DNA from: Candidatus Nanohalarchaeota archaeon
Lineage (GTDB): Archaea > Nanohalarchaeota > Nanosalinia > Nanosalinales > Nanosalinaceae
Assembly (NCBI GenBank): GCA_022729235.1
Contig: JALDAJ010000001.1
Location: 416,001-480,000, forward strand
Length of the DNA stretch: 64,000 nucleotides
Reading direction: 5' to 3'
Part shown: positions 1-9,900 of the stretch, one piece after another
How the letters are laid out: each line of letters opens with the position of its first letter
Numbering within the stretch: position 1 is the first letter of the stretch
Position numbers and translations under genes: made by a program
Notes under the pieces: model-generated
Seen by the model: only the letters and a program-made list of their open reading frames with translations
What the model was told of the DNA's origin: nothing
The model's database searches: none

Positions 1-2
1 TG

Positions 3-857
3 ACAGAGGACGACCCAGAGATACCGTATGAGGAGGCAAAGGAGTATGTTATCAAGGCTGTGAAACCTCTGGGAGAAGAGTACGTCAGCGCGATGAGAAA
101 CGGGCTTGAGTCCGGGTGGGTTGATGTCTACGAGAACAGGGGTAAGCGTTCCGGCGCGTACTCTGGCGGGGCATACGACACGAAGCCCTACATCCTGATG
201 AACTATCAGGACAACATCAGCTCGATGTATACCCTTGCGCACGAGCTTGGGCACTCGATGCATTCCTACTTTACAAATAAGAACCAGCCGTACATCTACA
301 GCGGTTACCCTATCTTCCTGGCGGAGGTTGCGAGCACGGTTAACGAAAGCTTACTGACGCAATACCTACTTGAGAACGTTGATAATCGCCGGATTAAAAG
401 AGCGGCGCTCAGCCATTCGCTGGAGAACTTCCGGTCCACTCTTTACCGGCAGACTATGTTCGCGGACTTCGAGCACCGGATTCACAGGAAGGTTGAGCAG
501 GGTGAGGCACTCACTTCTGATGGTCTCGACGAGACTTACATGGAGCTCAAGTCAGAGTTTTACGAACCTGCGGAGATTGATGACAGGATAGCGAGGGAGT
601 GGATGAGGATACCGCATTTCTACTACAACTACTACGTCTTCCAGTATTCCACAGGTGTCAGTGCGGCGACCACGCTCTCACAGCAGATAATTGAGAATTC
701 ATCTTGTGATTACCTGGAGTTCCTGAAGAGTGGTTCAAGCAAGTATCCGCTGGATACTCTCCAGGATGCAGGTGTGGACATGAGTTCGCCGGAACCGATA
801 GAGCAGGCGATTTCTGTCTACGCTGATCACCTTGAAAGAATGGAGAAACTCCTCTAG
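3..857 (+). CDS. pepF: Oligoendopeptidase F (M3B), 5' end outside window
   Basis: GKRSGAYS, HELGH zinc motif, AEVAS and W.RIPHFY motifs; frame open from position 3. Confidence 0.95.
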   Translation, partial: TEDDPEIPYEEAKEYVIKAVKPLGEEYVSAMRNGLESGWVDVYENRGKRSGAYSGGAYDTKPYILMNYQDNISSMYTLAHELGHSMHSYFTNKNQPYIYSGYPIFLAEVASTVNESLLTQYLLENVDNRRIKRAALSHSLENFRSTLYRQTMFADFEHRIHRKVEQGEALTSDGLDETYMELKSEFYEPAEIDDRIAREWMRIPHFYYNYYVFQYSTGVSAATTLSQQIIENSSCDYLEFLKSGSSKYPLDTLQDAGVDMSSPEPIEQAISVYADHLERMEKLL

Positions 858-1981
858 ACATCGAACTGCCATTCTCCGTCTTCCTGCACGGTCTCTCCAT
901 CGACTATTATCTTTCCGCCGTGCGGTGGTCTGAAGTCCTTGACGATGTCCCAGTGGATGCCTGACTGGTTCCGTTTCTCTTCCTCTCCCTCTGGTATACA
1001 CATCTCGTAGGCTCGTCCCAGTGCGAGGTGGATGCTGCCGCCGATTTTCTCGTCGAACAGTGTGTCCTTGACATTTCTAGTTATCTGGCGGTTGGTCCCG
1101 ATCCCGAATTCCCCGAGATAACGCGCGCCCTCATCAGTGTTAAGCATTTTCTCCAGGAACTCCTCGTTTTTCTCAGCGCTGAAGTCTACAACTTTCCCGT
1201 TTTCAAACTTGAGCCAGATACCGTTGACTTCATTACCGCTACTCATCGAGGGATAGGTAAACTTTACCTCGCCCTCTACCGACTCTTTGAGTGGCGCATA
1301 GAAGACTTCACCATCCGGCATATTTCTCTTTCCTACAGAGGATACCCCTTTCCTGCCTTCTATGCTGAACCTCAGGTCGGTGTCATCGCTCTTTATCCTG
1401 ACCTCTTCAGCGCTGTCGAAAACATCCTTGACTGTTTCATTTTTCTCCTCGAGTTCGTCCCAGTCCGTCCTGGTTACTGCTTCGAACACGAATTCTTCGA
1501 ACTCCTGTGTTGACATCCCGGCATTCTGCGCCATCGATGATGTCGGGTACCGTGTCGCGACCCATTTCTTCTCCAGTCTTTTCGACATCAGTTCCTCGGT
1601 CGCCTTTTTCCGTTTTGAGATTTTCTCCGGATTTATGTTTGCGAGTTCCTGCGTGTTCCCGGACCCTCCTAACCGGATATATGCGTCCATCTCTTCGATT
1701 TCCTTCATCTTTGCCTCTGAAACTGTTTCCAGCTGTTCCTCGGATGCGTGTTTCATCCAGTCATAGTCTGCACCACCAGTCCCCATCTGGGAGTCATAAA
1801 GTAGGTGTTCGTGAGGGAATCCGCCTTTCTTTATGATTTGCCGCCTGACTTCTTTGAACAAGGGCAGTGATTCTATTGATTTAGCGAGCAGGTAGACGTT
1901 GTCCCCCTTCTTGACTTCCGCTCCCCGCTCGACCAGTATACGGGCGAACTCCTTGATTCTCGGGTCTTCGGTAGTGTTCAT
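854..1981 (-). CDS. M29 family aminopeptidase (AmpS/AmpT type)
   Basis: NMPDGEVF, GEFGIGTN, LFDEK, HLALG and SGIHWD motifs. Confidence 0.92.
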   Translation of the reverse strand: MNTTEDPRIKEFARILVERGAEVKKGDNVYLLAKSIESLPLFKEVRRQIIKKGGFPHEHLLYDSQMGTGGADYDWMKHASEEQLETVSEAKMKEIEEMDAYIRLGGSGNTQELANINPEKISKRKKATEELMSKRLEKKWVATRYPTSSMAQNAGMSTQEFEEFVFEAVTRTDWDELEEKNETVKDVFDSAEEVRIKSDDTDLRFSIEGRKGVSSVGKRNMPDGEVFYAPLKESVEGEVKFTYPSMSSGNEVNGIWLKFENGKVVDFSAEKNEEFLEKMLNTDEGARYLGEFGIGTNRQITRNVKDTLFDEKIGGSIHLALGRAYEMCIPEGEEEKRNQSGIHWDIVKDFRPPHGGKIIVDGETVQEDGEWQFDV

Positions 1982-1985
1982 ATTA

Positions 1986-3476
1986 TCACAGGTCGTATAG
2001 TTCGCCGTATTTTTCCTCGATGTAGTCGAGGAACGGTTCTGCTGAAGGTTTTTGCCCAGTCACTTTTTCGACCAGTTCCGCGGTCTTGAACTTCTTACCG
2101 TGGATGTGTATGTTTTCCCGGAGCCATTCCTGTAGTTCCTCGAACTCTCCATTCGAGATTTTTTCATCGAGATCCGCGATTTCTTCCTCCGCTTCCCGGT
2201 ATATCTGTGCTGCGAGTACACTACCCAGTGAGTATGTCGGGAAGTATCCTATGCTCCCCCAGTACCAGTGGATATCCTGGAGTACGCCTTCTGCGTCACT
2301 TCCCGGGCGTATATCCAGCAGCTCCTCCATTTTATCATTCCATAAATCCGGCAGTTCTTCTACTTCGATCTCTCCGTTGACAAGCCTTCTCTCCAGCTCA
2401 AATCTGAGCGCAATGTGGAGGTGATAGCTGACCTCGTCGGCGTTGACTCTTATCATGTTCTCCGGGTCGACCTGGTTAACTGATTCATAGCACTCTTCCG
2501 CAGAGACCTCGTTGAAGCTGGGAAAATGTTCTTTCAGAGTCGGCAGGAACTGCTCCCAGAACGCCCTGGAGCGGGCGATATGGTTCTCCCATAGACGTGA
2601 CTGTGATTCATGTATCGAGAGGTCGCGTGCAGAGCCCAGGGGGTTGCCGTAGTTGTCCTGGTCAAGCCCGAGCTGGTACATGCCGTGCCCGAACTCGTGT
2701 ACGGTCGGCAGTATACTTTCTGCGAGGTTTTCCCCGTTGAACCTTGTCGTTATACGGCAGTCGAACTGGTTGCCGAGGGTGAACGGGTGTTCCGATACGT
2801 CTAGGCGCCCGCGTCTCCAGTCGAAGTTGAGTTTCTCGACGAGTTCCTCGTTGAGTTCTCTCTGCTTCTCTTCCGGGAAGTCTCCCTTGAAAGCTTCGGT
2901 ATCGACTTCTGCATCCGATTCTCTTATCTTTTCCAGTATTTCAGGCACTCTTTTCTCCAGTTTCTCCATTATCAGCACCATGGTTTCGAACTCTATGTAC
3001 GGCTCGTAGTCCCTGAAGAGGACGCGGTAGGGTTCTTCGTCAGGGTCTATCGCTTCGGCGTACCGGCGCTTCAGCTCTACAAGCTCTTCCAGGTGCGGTG
3101 CGACCATAGAGAAGTCGCTTTCTTCCCGTGCGTTCTTCCACTTTTCGACACATTCCGACTCCTTTTCCGAGATTTTCTCCAGCAGTTCAACAGGTATTTT
3201 CTTCTCTTTTTCGTGCTCTCTTTTGATTTCTCTCAGGACAGCATCCTGCTCTCCGGTGAGGTCCTGGTCTTCCAGTTCTTTGATAAGTTGTCCGAGTTCT
3301 TCGTCGCTGATAAGACGGTGTTTCAGCCGGGACATAACAGCTTTCTGTTTTGACCTTGCCTCTATCCCTCTTTCAGGCATCATTACTTCCTGGTCCCATG
3401 TAAGAATGCTGTCGATTTTGCCCAGGTTATCTACTTCTTCCACTTTCTCCATGAACTGCTCATATTCTGGAGTCAT
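1986..3476 (-). CDS. Carboxypeptidase M32 (Taq type)
   Basis: HPF, HEFGH, HESQSR, IRVNADE, QDIHW and YFPTY motifs. Confidence 0.95.
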   Translation of the reverse strand: MTPEYEQFMEKVEEVDNLGKIDSILTWDQEVMMPERGIEARSKQKAVMSRLKHRLISDEELGQLIKELEDQDLTGEQDAVLREIKREHEKEKKIPVELLEKISEKESECVEKWKNAREESDFSMVAPHLEELVELKRRYAEAIDPDEEPYRVLFRDYEPYIEFETMVLIMEKLEKRVPEILEKIRESDAEVDTEAFKGDFPEEKQRELNEELVEKLNFDWRRGRLDVSEHPFTLGNQFDCRITTRFNGENLAESILPTVHEFGHGMYQLGLDQDNYGNPLGSARDLSIHESQSRLWENHIARSRAFWEQFLPTLKEHFPSFNEVSAEECYESVNQVDPENMIRVNADEVSYHLHIALRFELERRLVNGEIEVEELPDLWNDKMEELLDIRPGSDAEGVLQDIHWYWGSIGYFPTYSLGSVLAAQIYREAEEEIADLDEKISNGEFEELQEWLRENIHIHGKKFKTAELVEKVTGQKPSAEPFLDYIEEKYGELYDL

Positions 3477-3508
3477 AGGTGAAGAAGTGGTAGTGAGATA
3501 CTAAACAG

Positions 3509-3844
3509 TTAGGTCTGGATTTCGTCCGCGATTATCTGTAGAGAGCCCTGGTATATGTCGACCCTTCCTTCTATCAGCAGTTCACCCCTGTCCGATTCCA
3601 GTTCGGAGTCGAAGTCAACCACCTGTATACTGCCGGTAGAGTCTTCTAACGTGATGAAAACGTGACCGTCTGATTCCGTGAAGCTTGTGATATCGCCTTC
3701 CACTTCGATCTGTTTCCCTGCCCAGGCTCTCTCAATCTCCCCTATCTCCACTTTTTCGGCTTCGAGGTAGAGTGTTGACAGGTACATAAGGGTCAGGCCG
3801 ATGACGGCAAAAAAGATGCTTGCCCGGTAAATCTCTTTTTTCAT
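3509..3844 (-). CDS. Membrane-anchored OB-fold protein
   Basis: N-terminal hydrophobic helix then V.G.I..., HVFITLEDSTGSI, G.V..YQG..QI OB pattern. Confidence 0.7.
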   Translation of the reverse strand: MKKEIYRASIFFAVIGLTLMYLSTLYLEAEKVEIGEIERAWAGKQIEVEGDITSFTESDGHVFITLEDSTGSIQVVDFDSELESDRGELLIEGRVDIYQGSLQIIADEIQT

Positions 3845-4377
3845 AGTTCTTTCTCGTGGATTATGTTGTACCGGGTGTTATTCCCGGTCACCTTGCTTTC
3901 AAACAACCTGGTTTTATCGATTTTCAGGTTGCCGAACTCGTGTTCGCTGAATTCCTCAAGGCTTTTCTGCAATTTTTTCTTCTTGCCGGGAGAGAGATTT
4001 TTTACACGCGCAAGTGTGATATGGGGTTTGAAGTCGTGGTTGTTGCTTGACTCGGTTCCGTGTCCAGAAACCTGGTGGTAAAGCCTGTGTATACTTTCTG
4101 ATTCTACCCCTGCCCATATCACACGTATGTAATCTTTTGAAGGGAAGACACCCAACCCTCTTATCTCAGCGGGGAAAGGCTGGACTGAGATACAATCCAT
4201 AGCCTCTTTTATCTCTCTAAGCTGTTCCGGGTTAACGTCCTCGAAGAACTGGAGTGTGATGTGCATCTTTTCTTTCGGGACCGTGTTAAATCCCAGGTCT
4301 ATCGAGTCCCGGACATGTTCCAGTTCCTTCAAGACTTCAGGTTCTTCTATATCGATTGCGGAGAAGACGCGCGCCAT
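3841..4377 (-). CDS. thpR: RNA 2',3'-cyclic phosphodiesterase (2H family)
   Basis: Two HITL motifs and RVIWAG; start moved to MARVF (ATG at 4377) because the longer ORF overlaps the divergent gene. Confidence 0.9.
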   Translation of the reverse strand: MARVFSAIDIEEPEVLKELEHVRDSIDLGFNTVPKEKMHITLQFFEDVNPEQLREIKEAMDCISVQPFPAEIRGLGVFPSKDYIRVIWAGVESESIHRLYHQVSGHGTESSNNHDFKPHITLARVKNLSPGKKKKLQKSLEEFSEHEFGNLKIDKTRLFESKVTGNNTRYNIIHEKEL

Positions 4378-4425
4378 ACAGTTTTTTATTGTTGTCATTC
4401 TCATAAATGCTATATAGGTGTCAAT

Positions 4426-4686
4426 ATGGCAAACAAGCCCAGGGCAAAAGAACTTGTAGGAAAGACAATAGTATCGGAAGAACACGGTAAAAAGTTTGGA
4501 GAGGTAGAAGACGTTTCATTCGTGGCTGATACCGGCGAACTCATGAACCTTCTCGTCACCGACACAACTCAGCATCTCGATGAAGTCAAGCTCCAGGAGG
4601 ACAAGAAAGGAAGACACATAGTACCTTTCTCCGCAGTCAGGAGCGTCGGGGACTTCGTGATCGTCTCCGAAGGCGACATAATGTGA
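4426..4686 (+). CDS. PRC-barrel domain protein (CdpB-like)
   Basis: LVGK.I...G...G.V.D......TG pattern and C-terminal VPFSAVRSVGDFVIV; ATG at 4426. Confidence 0.8.
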   Translation: MANKPRAKELVGKTIVSEEHGKKFGEVEDVSFVADTGELMNLLVTDTTQHLDEVKLQEDKKGRHIVPFSAVRSVGDFVIVSEGDIM

Positions 4687-4710
4687 GAATGCGTGAGAGA
4701 GGATAGAATT

Positions 4711-6198
4711 CTAAATCACCAGTAGGTAGTTCCAGAGAGGAACTTTGACTACTTTTCCATTCTCAACTTCTATTATTCCCGTCTGATTTTCTGTTATAAC
4801 TATCCCGAAATCTGATTCATTATGATCGTATAGGAATCTGTTCAATCCTCGCAAATCTTTCTTACGGATGCGATCTCTATACTTTACTTCTATTGGGACT
4901 GCTGAGCCTGAAACTTTTAGAACAAGGTCTACTTCGCCATTACTGTAGTCCCAGTAATATGTTCTCTCCTCTGAGTTAGTCAAGTTAAAGCAAAGTCTCT
5001 TAGAGTGATCTGCACATATTGATTCTACAATCAAACCTTCCTCGTCAGGTTTCAATTCATAGTCTCCGCCCAACGAACCGGATATCGCGTTCCTGAAACC
5101 AGGATCCCAGATATACGCTTTCTGTTTCTTCCTTTCTGAAGATGCCTTGCTACCCGAATAGAATTTTGTTCTGTGGATGAGATATGCTTCCTCAAGATAG
5201 CCCACATATTTGCCTGCTGTTGCTGGAGAGACACCTATAAAATCGGCTAGATTGCTTTCCACAAGTTTTTGGGCGGTGTTATCTGCAATAAATACCATTA
5301 TCTTCATCAATTTGCTAGGTTTGACATCGTAGATTTCTGAAGCATCTTTTTGTATCGCTTTTTCAGCATCATTCTCTAATTTCTCAGAAGCATAGTTTGG
5401 ATTAACTCCTTCTTCTACCTCTTTTTTGATTATTTTTGGAAATCCCCCTCTGTTTATGTATCTGCCCAGTTCCGATCTTATCTTAGGTTCATCTTGACTG
5501 AGAAATGAGTTATTTTTAGTAAATGCTTGATTAAGAGAGTCAGGGTTCTTTTCCTTGATTGACTTCTTAAAGGAGTTTTTCATTATGTGCTTGTTCTTGG
5601 ATAAGTTTACGCCTAGTTCTAGCTCTCCTATTTCAGATTTCATTCTGAGCGTTTCAGAGAATTTAAGAGGCAACATTTTTCTGTCGATTATTCTTCCTAG
5701 AAGTGACTCTGAACCTGCTGTTATCTTCGCACTTGAGGATCCTGTTATCGCAAATTTGATCTTATAATCTAGGTCATACCAAAACTTTAGACGTTCGGCC
5801 CAATCTTCAACTACTTGTATTTCATCTAGAAATATGTAAACCTCTTCTTCCAAATCTTCGAAACTCTTCTCAAGCACATAGTTTTGGTATATCTCTAAAA
5901 TATCCTCTATTGGCTCCTGTAGATAGCCTCTAAGATAAGGGTTATCTAGCTGAACAAAAAGTATTCTGTTAGGAGAGACTTCTTTGTCATGTATCAAGTC
6001 CTCTATGACTTGTTTTAGTATGGTGGTTTTCCCTACCCTTCTCGGACCTAGTAGGCCAGTTATCTCTTCCTCGTGTATTTGTTCTTTGAGGAAATAGTAG
6101 TGGCTCCTGTTATAGAATCTGCCTTCAAGGTTGACTCCTTGGCCTGACCACCAGGGATTACTTCTTCTCAGGTTAGACAAGATTTTATCTTCTTCCAT
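4711..6198 (-). CDS. AAA_14/DUF4143-type ATPase with C-terminal PD-(D/E)xK-like motif
   Basis: GPRRVGKT Walker A, IFLDEIQ Walker B, TGSS, GGFP, EVDLV...PIEVK; visibly AT-richer than its neighbours. Confidence 0.88.
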   Translation of the reverse strand: MEEDKILSNLRRSNPWWSGQGVNLEGRFYNRSHYYFLKEQIHEEEITGLLGPRRVGKTTILKQVIEDLIHDKEVSPNRILFVQLDNPYLRGYLQEPIEDILEIYQNYVLEKSFEDLEEEVYIFLDEIQVVEDWAERLKFWYDLDYKIKFAITGSSSAKITAGSESLLGRIIDRKMLPLKFSETLRMKSEIGELELGVNLSKNKHIMKNSFKKSIKEKNPDSLNQAFTKNNSFLSQDEPKIRSELGRYINRGGFPKIIKKEVEEGVNPNYASEKLENDAEKAIQKDASEIYDVKPSKLMKIMVFIADNTAQKLVESNLADFIGVSPATAGKYVGYLEEAYLIHRTKFYSGSKASSERKKQKAYIWDPGFRNAISGSLGGDYELKPDEEGLIVESICADHSKRLCFNLTNSEERTYYWDYSNGEVDLVLKVSGSAVPIEVKYRDRIRKKDLRGLNRFLYDHNESDFGIVITENQTGIIEVENGKVVKVPLWNYLLVI

Positions 6199-6271
6199 AA
6201 AGCAAACTAGTCTGCCACTTTTTTAAATCAATTCCAAAAACTAGTACGAGTAGTTGGAATTGATTTAAAAT

Positions 6272-7222
6272 CTAGGCGTCTATAATTCCTCTGTCTTTGA
6301 CCTTGAAGACTGCTTCTCCTTCCGGCATGTAAGGGCTGTCGACCAGTCTTGCTATTCTCTTGTCTTTCTTGCTCTTGCGGAGGTATACTCTTACCGCGGA
6401 GTTGTGCGCCACGATGTGGCCTCCGATCGCGCTGGTAGGGTCGCCAAACATCTGGTCCGGGTTTGCCATGACCTGGTTCGTCACGACTACCGCCGCGTTA
6501 TGAGCGTTCGCCAGCCTTAGAAGCGTGTTCATGTGTCTGTTTAGTTTCTGCTGCCGTTTAGCCAGTTCACCTCTTCCGACGTAGTCGGATCGGAACTGCG
6601 CTGTCAATGAGTCTACCACTATAAGCCCGATGTCTTCTCGCTGGCAGATGTCCTGTGCCTCGTCCGCTAGAAGCATCTGGTGGTCGCTGTTAAATGCGCG
6701 GGCGACGTGAATGTTTTCCAGTACTTCATCTGTTTCCAGGCTATCATGTCTTTCAACCATCTGCTCGATTCTTGATGGTATAAACGTGTCTTCGGTGTCG
6801 ATGAATACTACTCCTCGACCGAGACCACCCTCATCTTCGGTCAGCTGTACGTTGACGGAGAGCTGGTGCGCTATCTGTGTTTTGGCGCTCCCGTATTCTC
6901 CGTATAGCTCGGTTATCGCCTGTGTCTCTACTCCGCCGCCAAGGACTTCGTCAAATTCTTCAGAGCCTGTTGAAATCCTCTGCATGTCTTTCCGGAGTTC
7001 GTATTTGTCTTTTCCTGTCTCGAACCCTATGTCGAGCTCTTTTCTCGCCGCGGTGATGATCTTCTGAGCCTTGTTTTCTCCTAGGTCTGCGACTTCTCCG
7101 AGGTCTCCGGCACTCATCGTCGCTATTGACATTATATCGTCGTATCCTGCCTCTTTTAGCTTGTCTGCTGTCTTTTCTCCTACTCCTTTGAGGTCTTCAA
7201 GCTCCATATCGTCTTCTGACAC
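6272..7222 (-). CDS. radA: DNA repair and recombination protein RadA
   Basis: N-terminal HhH, GEYGSAKTQ Walker A, FRSDYVGRGELA.RQQ, GGHIVAH. Confidence 0.97.
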   Translation of the reverse strand: MSEDDMELEDLKGVGEKTADKLKEAGYDDIMSIATMSAGDLGEVADLGENKAQKIITAARKELDIGFETGKDKYELRKDMQRISTGSEEFDEVLGGGVETQAITELYGEYGSAKTQIAHQLSVNVQLTEDEGGLGRGVVFIDTEDTFIPSRIEQMVERHDSLETDEVLENIHVARAFNSDHQMLLADEAQDICQREDIGLIVVDSLTAQFRSDYVGRGELAKRQQKLNRHMNTLLRLANAHNAAVVVTNQVMANPDQMFGDPTSAIGGHIVAHNSAVRVYLRKSKKDKRIARLVDSPYMPEGEAVFKVKDRGIIDA

Positions 7223-7285
7223 TTGAAAATCACGCTCCTCGGGTTTCTGCTGTTTCGAAAACTTTCTGTGTTTTGTTCATGTTTT

Positions 7286-8284
7286 TTAAGCCTCCATAAT
7301 TTCCAGTAGGTCTTCTAGTTCTTGTTTTGCGTCTACATTTTTAACTTCGTTGGCTATGATTTCAAGCCTCCCGAAGTAATCGTTGTACCGTGTTCGACCC
7401 TCCAGCTCAAGTTCTTTTCCGAGCGCGCTCTCCGCTGCTTCCTCGACCGCGCTGGTGTCACCTTCCTCTTCTACTTCTTCGCCTATTTCAAGCAGTTCGC
7501 GGGCTAGGTCACGGAAGAATACCGCTCTCATGTTCGCTGTACCATCGTCAATCACGGCAGATACTGCGAGCGCCTTGTCTGGCGCCTTTACTTCCCCGTG
7601 ATCTTCGCATGTAAAGTCGCCGTCATCGTCTTCACGTACAGAGGTTCCGCATTCAGGACATCTGTTGTAGAACGGGTTGCTGGTGTACACGTTCACCACC
7701 ATCCCTTTTATCCTGTAAGATGCTCCTTCAGACTTGACCTCTCGCAGGTCTGCTTCCTGTGTTTCTGAAGTACCTGGTGATTCGACTTCCGGGACTTCAT
7801 CATCGTCCGCCATCTTGACCTGTGATTCATCGCCGAGCCTAAGTTCGGCGTTTTCTCTGTCATCTTCCACGGTGTAGGCGTTCTGTATCTCTATAGCATC
7901 TCCTTCATCTATCTTTTCCGCGATCTCCGTCTGCTCGTCCCAGAGTGTAACTCTTATGGTTCCGGTGTTGTCTCCGAGGACTATGTTCTGTACTTTTCCT
8001 TCATCTCCATCGTCTCGCGTAAACGTGTTCGCATCAAGTATGTTGGTGACGCGCGCCTTCAGATTCACGTTCCGCATCTCCGGTACGATGTTGTCTATGT
8101 CGAGGTCCTTGTCGGAGGCTTCTGATATCTCCACGCCTTCTTCCTTTGCAACAAGGTGTAGCGCTCCTTCTTCTGAGACAAGACCTGAGAATTCCTCCAT
8201 TTTTTCGTTTACTTTTTCCTCAAGTTCTTCCTTATCGAGCCCTGTTTCGTCTAGAATATTTTCCACTACTTTCTCTGAAACCAT
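7286..8284 (-). CDS. rpa: Replication protein A (OB folds plus zinc finger)
   Basis: GLVSEEGAL N-terminus, GDNTGTIRVTLW OB fold, CPEC...C..H zinc motif, DDGT. Confidence 0.88.
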   Translation of the reverse strand: MVSEKVVENILDETGLDKEELEEKVNEKMEEFSGLVSEEGALHLVAKEEGVEISEASDKDLDIDNIVPEMRNVNLKARVTNILDANTFTRDDGDEGKVQNIVLGDNTGTIRVTLWDEQTEIAEKIDEGDAIEIQNAYTVEDDRENAELRLGDESQVKMADDDEVPEVESPGTSETQEADLREVKSEGASYRIKGMVVNVYTSNPFYNRCPECGTSVREDDDGDFTCEDHGEVKAPDKALAVSAVIDDGTANMRAVFFRDLARELLEIGEEVEEEGDTSAVEEAAESALGKELELEGRTRYNDYFGRLEIIANEVKNVDAKQELEDLLEIMEA

Positions 8285-8330
8285 GGTAACCTCTTTGAAT
8301 CAAAAGCTTAAATCCCTTAAATCCAGGGCT

Positions 8331-8528
8331 TTACTTAAGTGCTTCCTTTATATCTTCAGCCCGGACAGTCTTCCTATCATCTTCCCTCGCTATCGCTATT
8401 GCTTCTTCTGCTACGTCTCCCGCGAACATTTCCAGGACCTCTCTAAGTTCCTCTGCACTCCCCTCCGAGACCCTTTTACCGCCTTCGTTCTTGATGAGCT
8501 CTTTCATCTTTGATATAGAGAATTCCAT
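8331..8528 (-). CDS. Archaeal histone, divergent acidic variant
   Basis: RVS..., RKTV.AEDI histone-fold motifs; 65 aa. Confidence 0.85.
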   Translation of the reverse strand: MEFSISKMKELIKNEGGKRVSEGSAEELREVLEMFAGDVAEEAIAIAREDDRKTVRAEDIKEALK

Positions 8529-8644
8529 TGTTCAACACCTAATACTTGTACCTGAATAATATAAACAAAATGGGGATAAAGGACTGGGATACTTGACTAT
8601 ATAGTTTAAAAAAATTATTAAGGCGCGCTAACCCAACCGGATGT

Positions 8645-8917
8645 ATGGGGGAGGATCTTGAGGAGTTTTTCCTTAATAGAAAGCCAGTAAAGATGATGAT
8701 AGCCCTACATCTCCAGGCTACTGATAACTATGTTTCAGCTATATCGCGTCACGTGGATGCTACGTATTCTCATACAGTGAAGACTCTGAAGAGGATGAAG
8801 GAGTCTGGACTGGTTAGGTTTGAGAAGAAGGGGCGAAAAAAAGAGATTTTCCTGACCGGTAAAGGGGAAGAAGTTGCTGAAAGTCTCCGAAAAACCCTTG
8901 AGACGCTGGAAGAGTAG
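8645..8917 (+). CDS. Winged-helix (MarR/ArsR-like) transcription regulator
   Basis: IS..VDATYSH....L..M...GLV....GR.K.I.LT.KG pattern. Confidence 0.8.
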   Translation: MGEDLEEFFLNRKPVKMMIALHLQATDNYVSAISRHVDATYSHTVKTLKRMKESGLVRFEKKGRKKEIFLTGKGEEVAESLRKTLETLEE

Positions 8918-8938
8918 GTTTTTAATCCGCTGAAATTT

Positions 8939-9841
8939 CTATTGATTTTTCTTCTGTACTCTATCTGGTTGCCGTTTCCTGTATGTGAACTGCAGATATG
9001 AAACGGCAGAGGCAAGCAGGAATGTCGCTCCCAGTAATTCGAGGCTTTCCTCCACAAGGAAATCTTTGAGCATGTATCTTACGTCCATCATGCCTACGCC
9101 TCTTTCCTCCTCCAACCGCTCTATGTTTTGATCTCCCTGTTCGTAAAGTGCTCTTAACTCTTCTCCGCCACCCATGGAGATTGTTGCTTCGTACAGGGTG
9201 TCGCCGATTTGCTGGTTGATGTCTGTAAGGTCTGCAGGTCCTGAGATGAAAACCGCTGTACCGTAGAAAAGAAATCCGCCTGCAACTAAAATCGCTGTGG
9301 TCCGGTTTTCAAGCGTCTTTCTGCCGTACTTGATCACGGCGAAGGCAGGGATAGCGGCTATGGCTCCGAAGTAAGCTGTTTCCAGGAGATTGAGAGTAGT
9401 CCAGTTTATCTGGTGGAGTAAGAGATCTCTCAGGATGAAGTGTCGGGGATTGAGCGCATCCTCTATCAGCATCAGAACTCCTGCGATAGCGAAGAGTAGC
9501 CAGAACCGGGCTTTGTCACTCTTACCCATCTTACGTAACCTGTGGTACAGGTATCCGCAGGTAGTAGCAAAAGCACCGAGGAATAGCCACTGGACGAGCT
9601 CTATAGGACCTCTCTCTTTGAAAAGGTAGTGCCATAGAACAGGTACTAGCTGATTTTGCACCGTGCTTCTTAGCCCGAGACTGTTCCTGATATCGACAAG
9701 GTAAATCGCGAGGTAGGAAAACAGGAGTATGCCTATACCTGTTCCGAGAACGTGATAATAACTTAGTTGAAAGGCGTCTGTGGTGTTCTCGGCGACTTCT
9801 TCTATGGAAGAGAGGAGGTCTCTTATCTTTTTTACCGGCAT
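8939..9841 (-). CDS. Multi-pass membrane protein of unknown function
   Basis: About 6 hydrophobic segments; EE.LEL.G motif near the C-terminus. Confidence 0.7.
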   Translation of the reverse strand: MPVKKIRDLLSSIEEVAENTTDAFQLSYYHVLGTGIGILLFSYLAIYLVDIRNSLGLRSTVQNQLVPVLWHYLFKERGPIELVQWLFLGAFATTCGYLYHRLRKMGKSDKARFWLLFAIAGVLMLIEDALNPRHFILRDLLLHQINWTTLNLLETAYFGAIAAIPAFAVIKYGRKTLENRTTAILVAGGFLFYGTAVFISGPADLTDINQQIGDTLYEATISMGGGEELRALYEQGDQNIERLEEERGVGMMDVRYMLKDFLVEESLELLGATFLLASAVSYLQFTYRKRQPDRVQKKNQ

Positions 9842-9900
9842 TTAAACTGGCTTTTGTAGCAATCCTTTTTCTAGTCTTGCCTTCAATCTTACTAAAATAA

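Noticed and set aside
4378-4485. Long N-terminal extensions of thpR and of the PRC-barrel ORF (from 4261)
   Set aside because: They overlap each other; ATGs at 4377 and 4426 match the family N-termini
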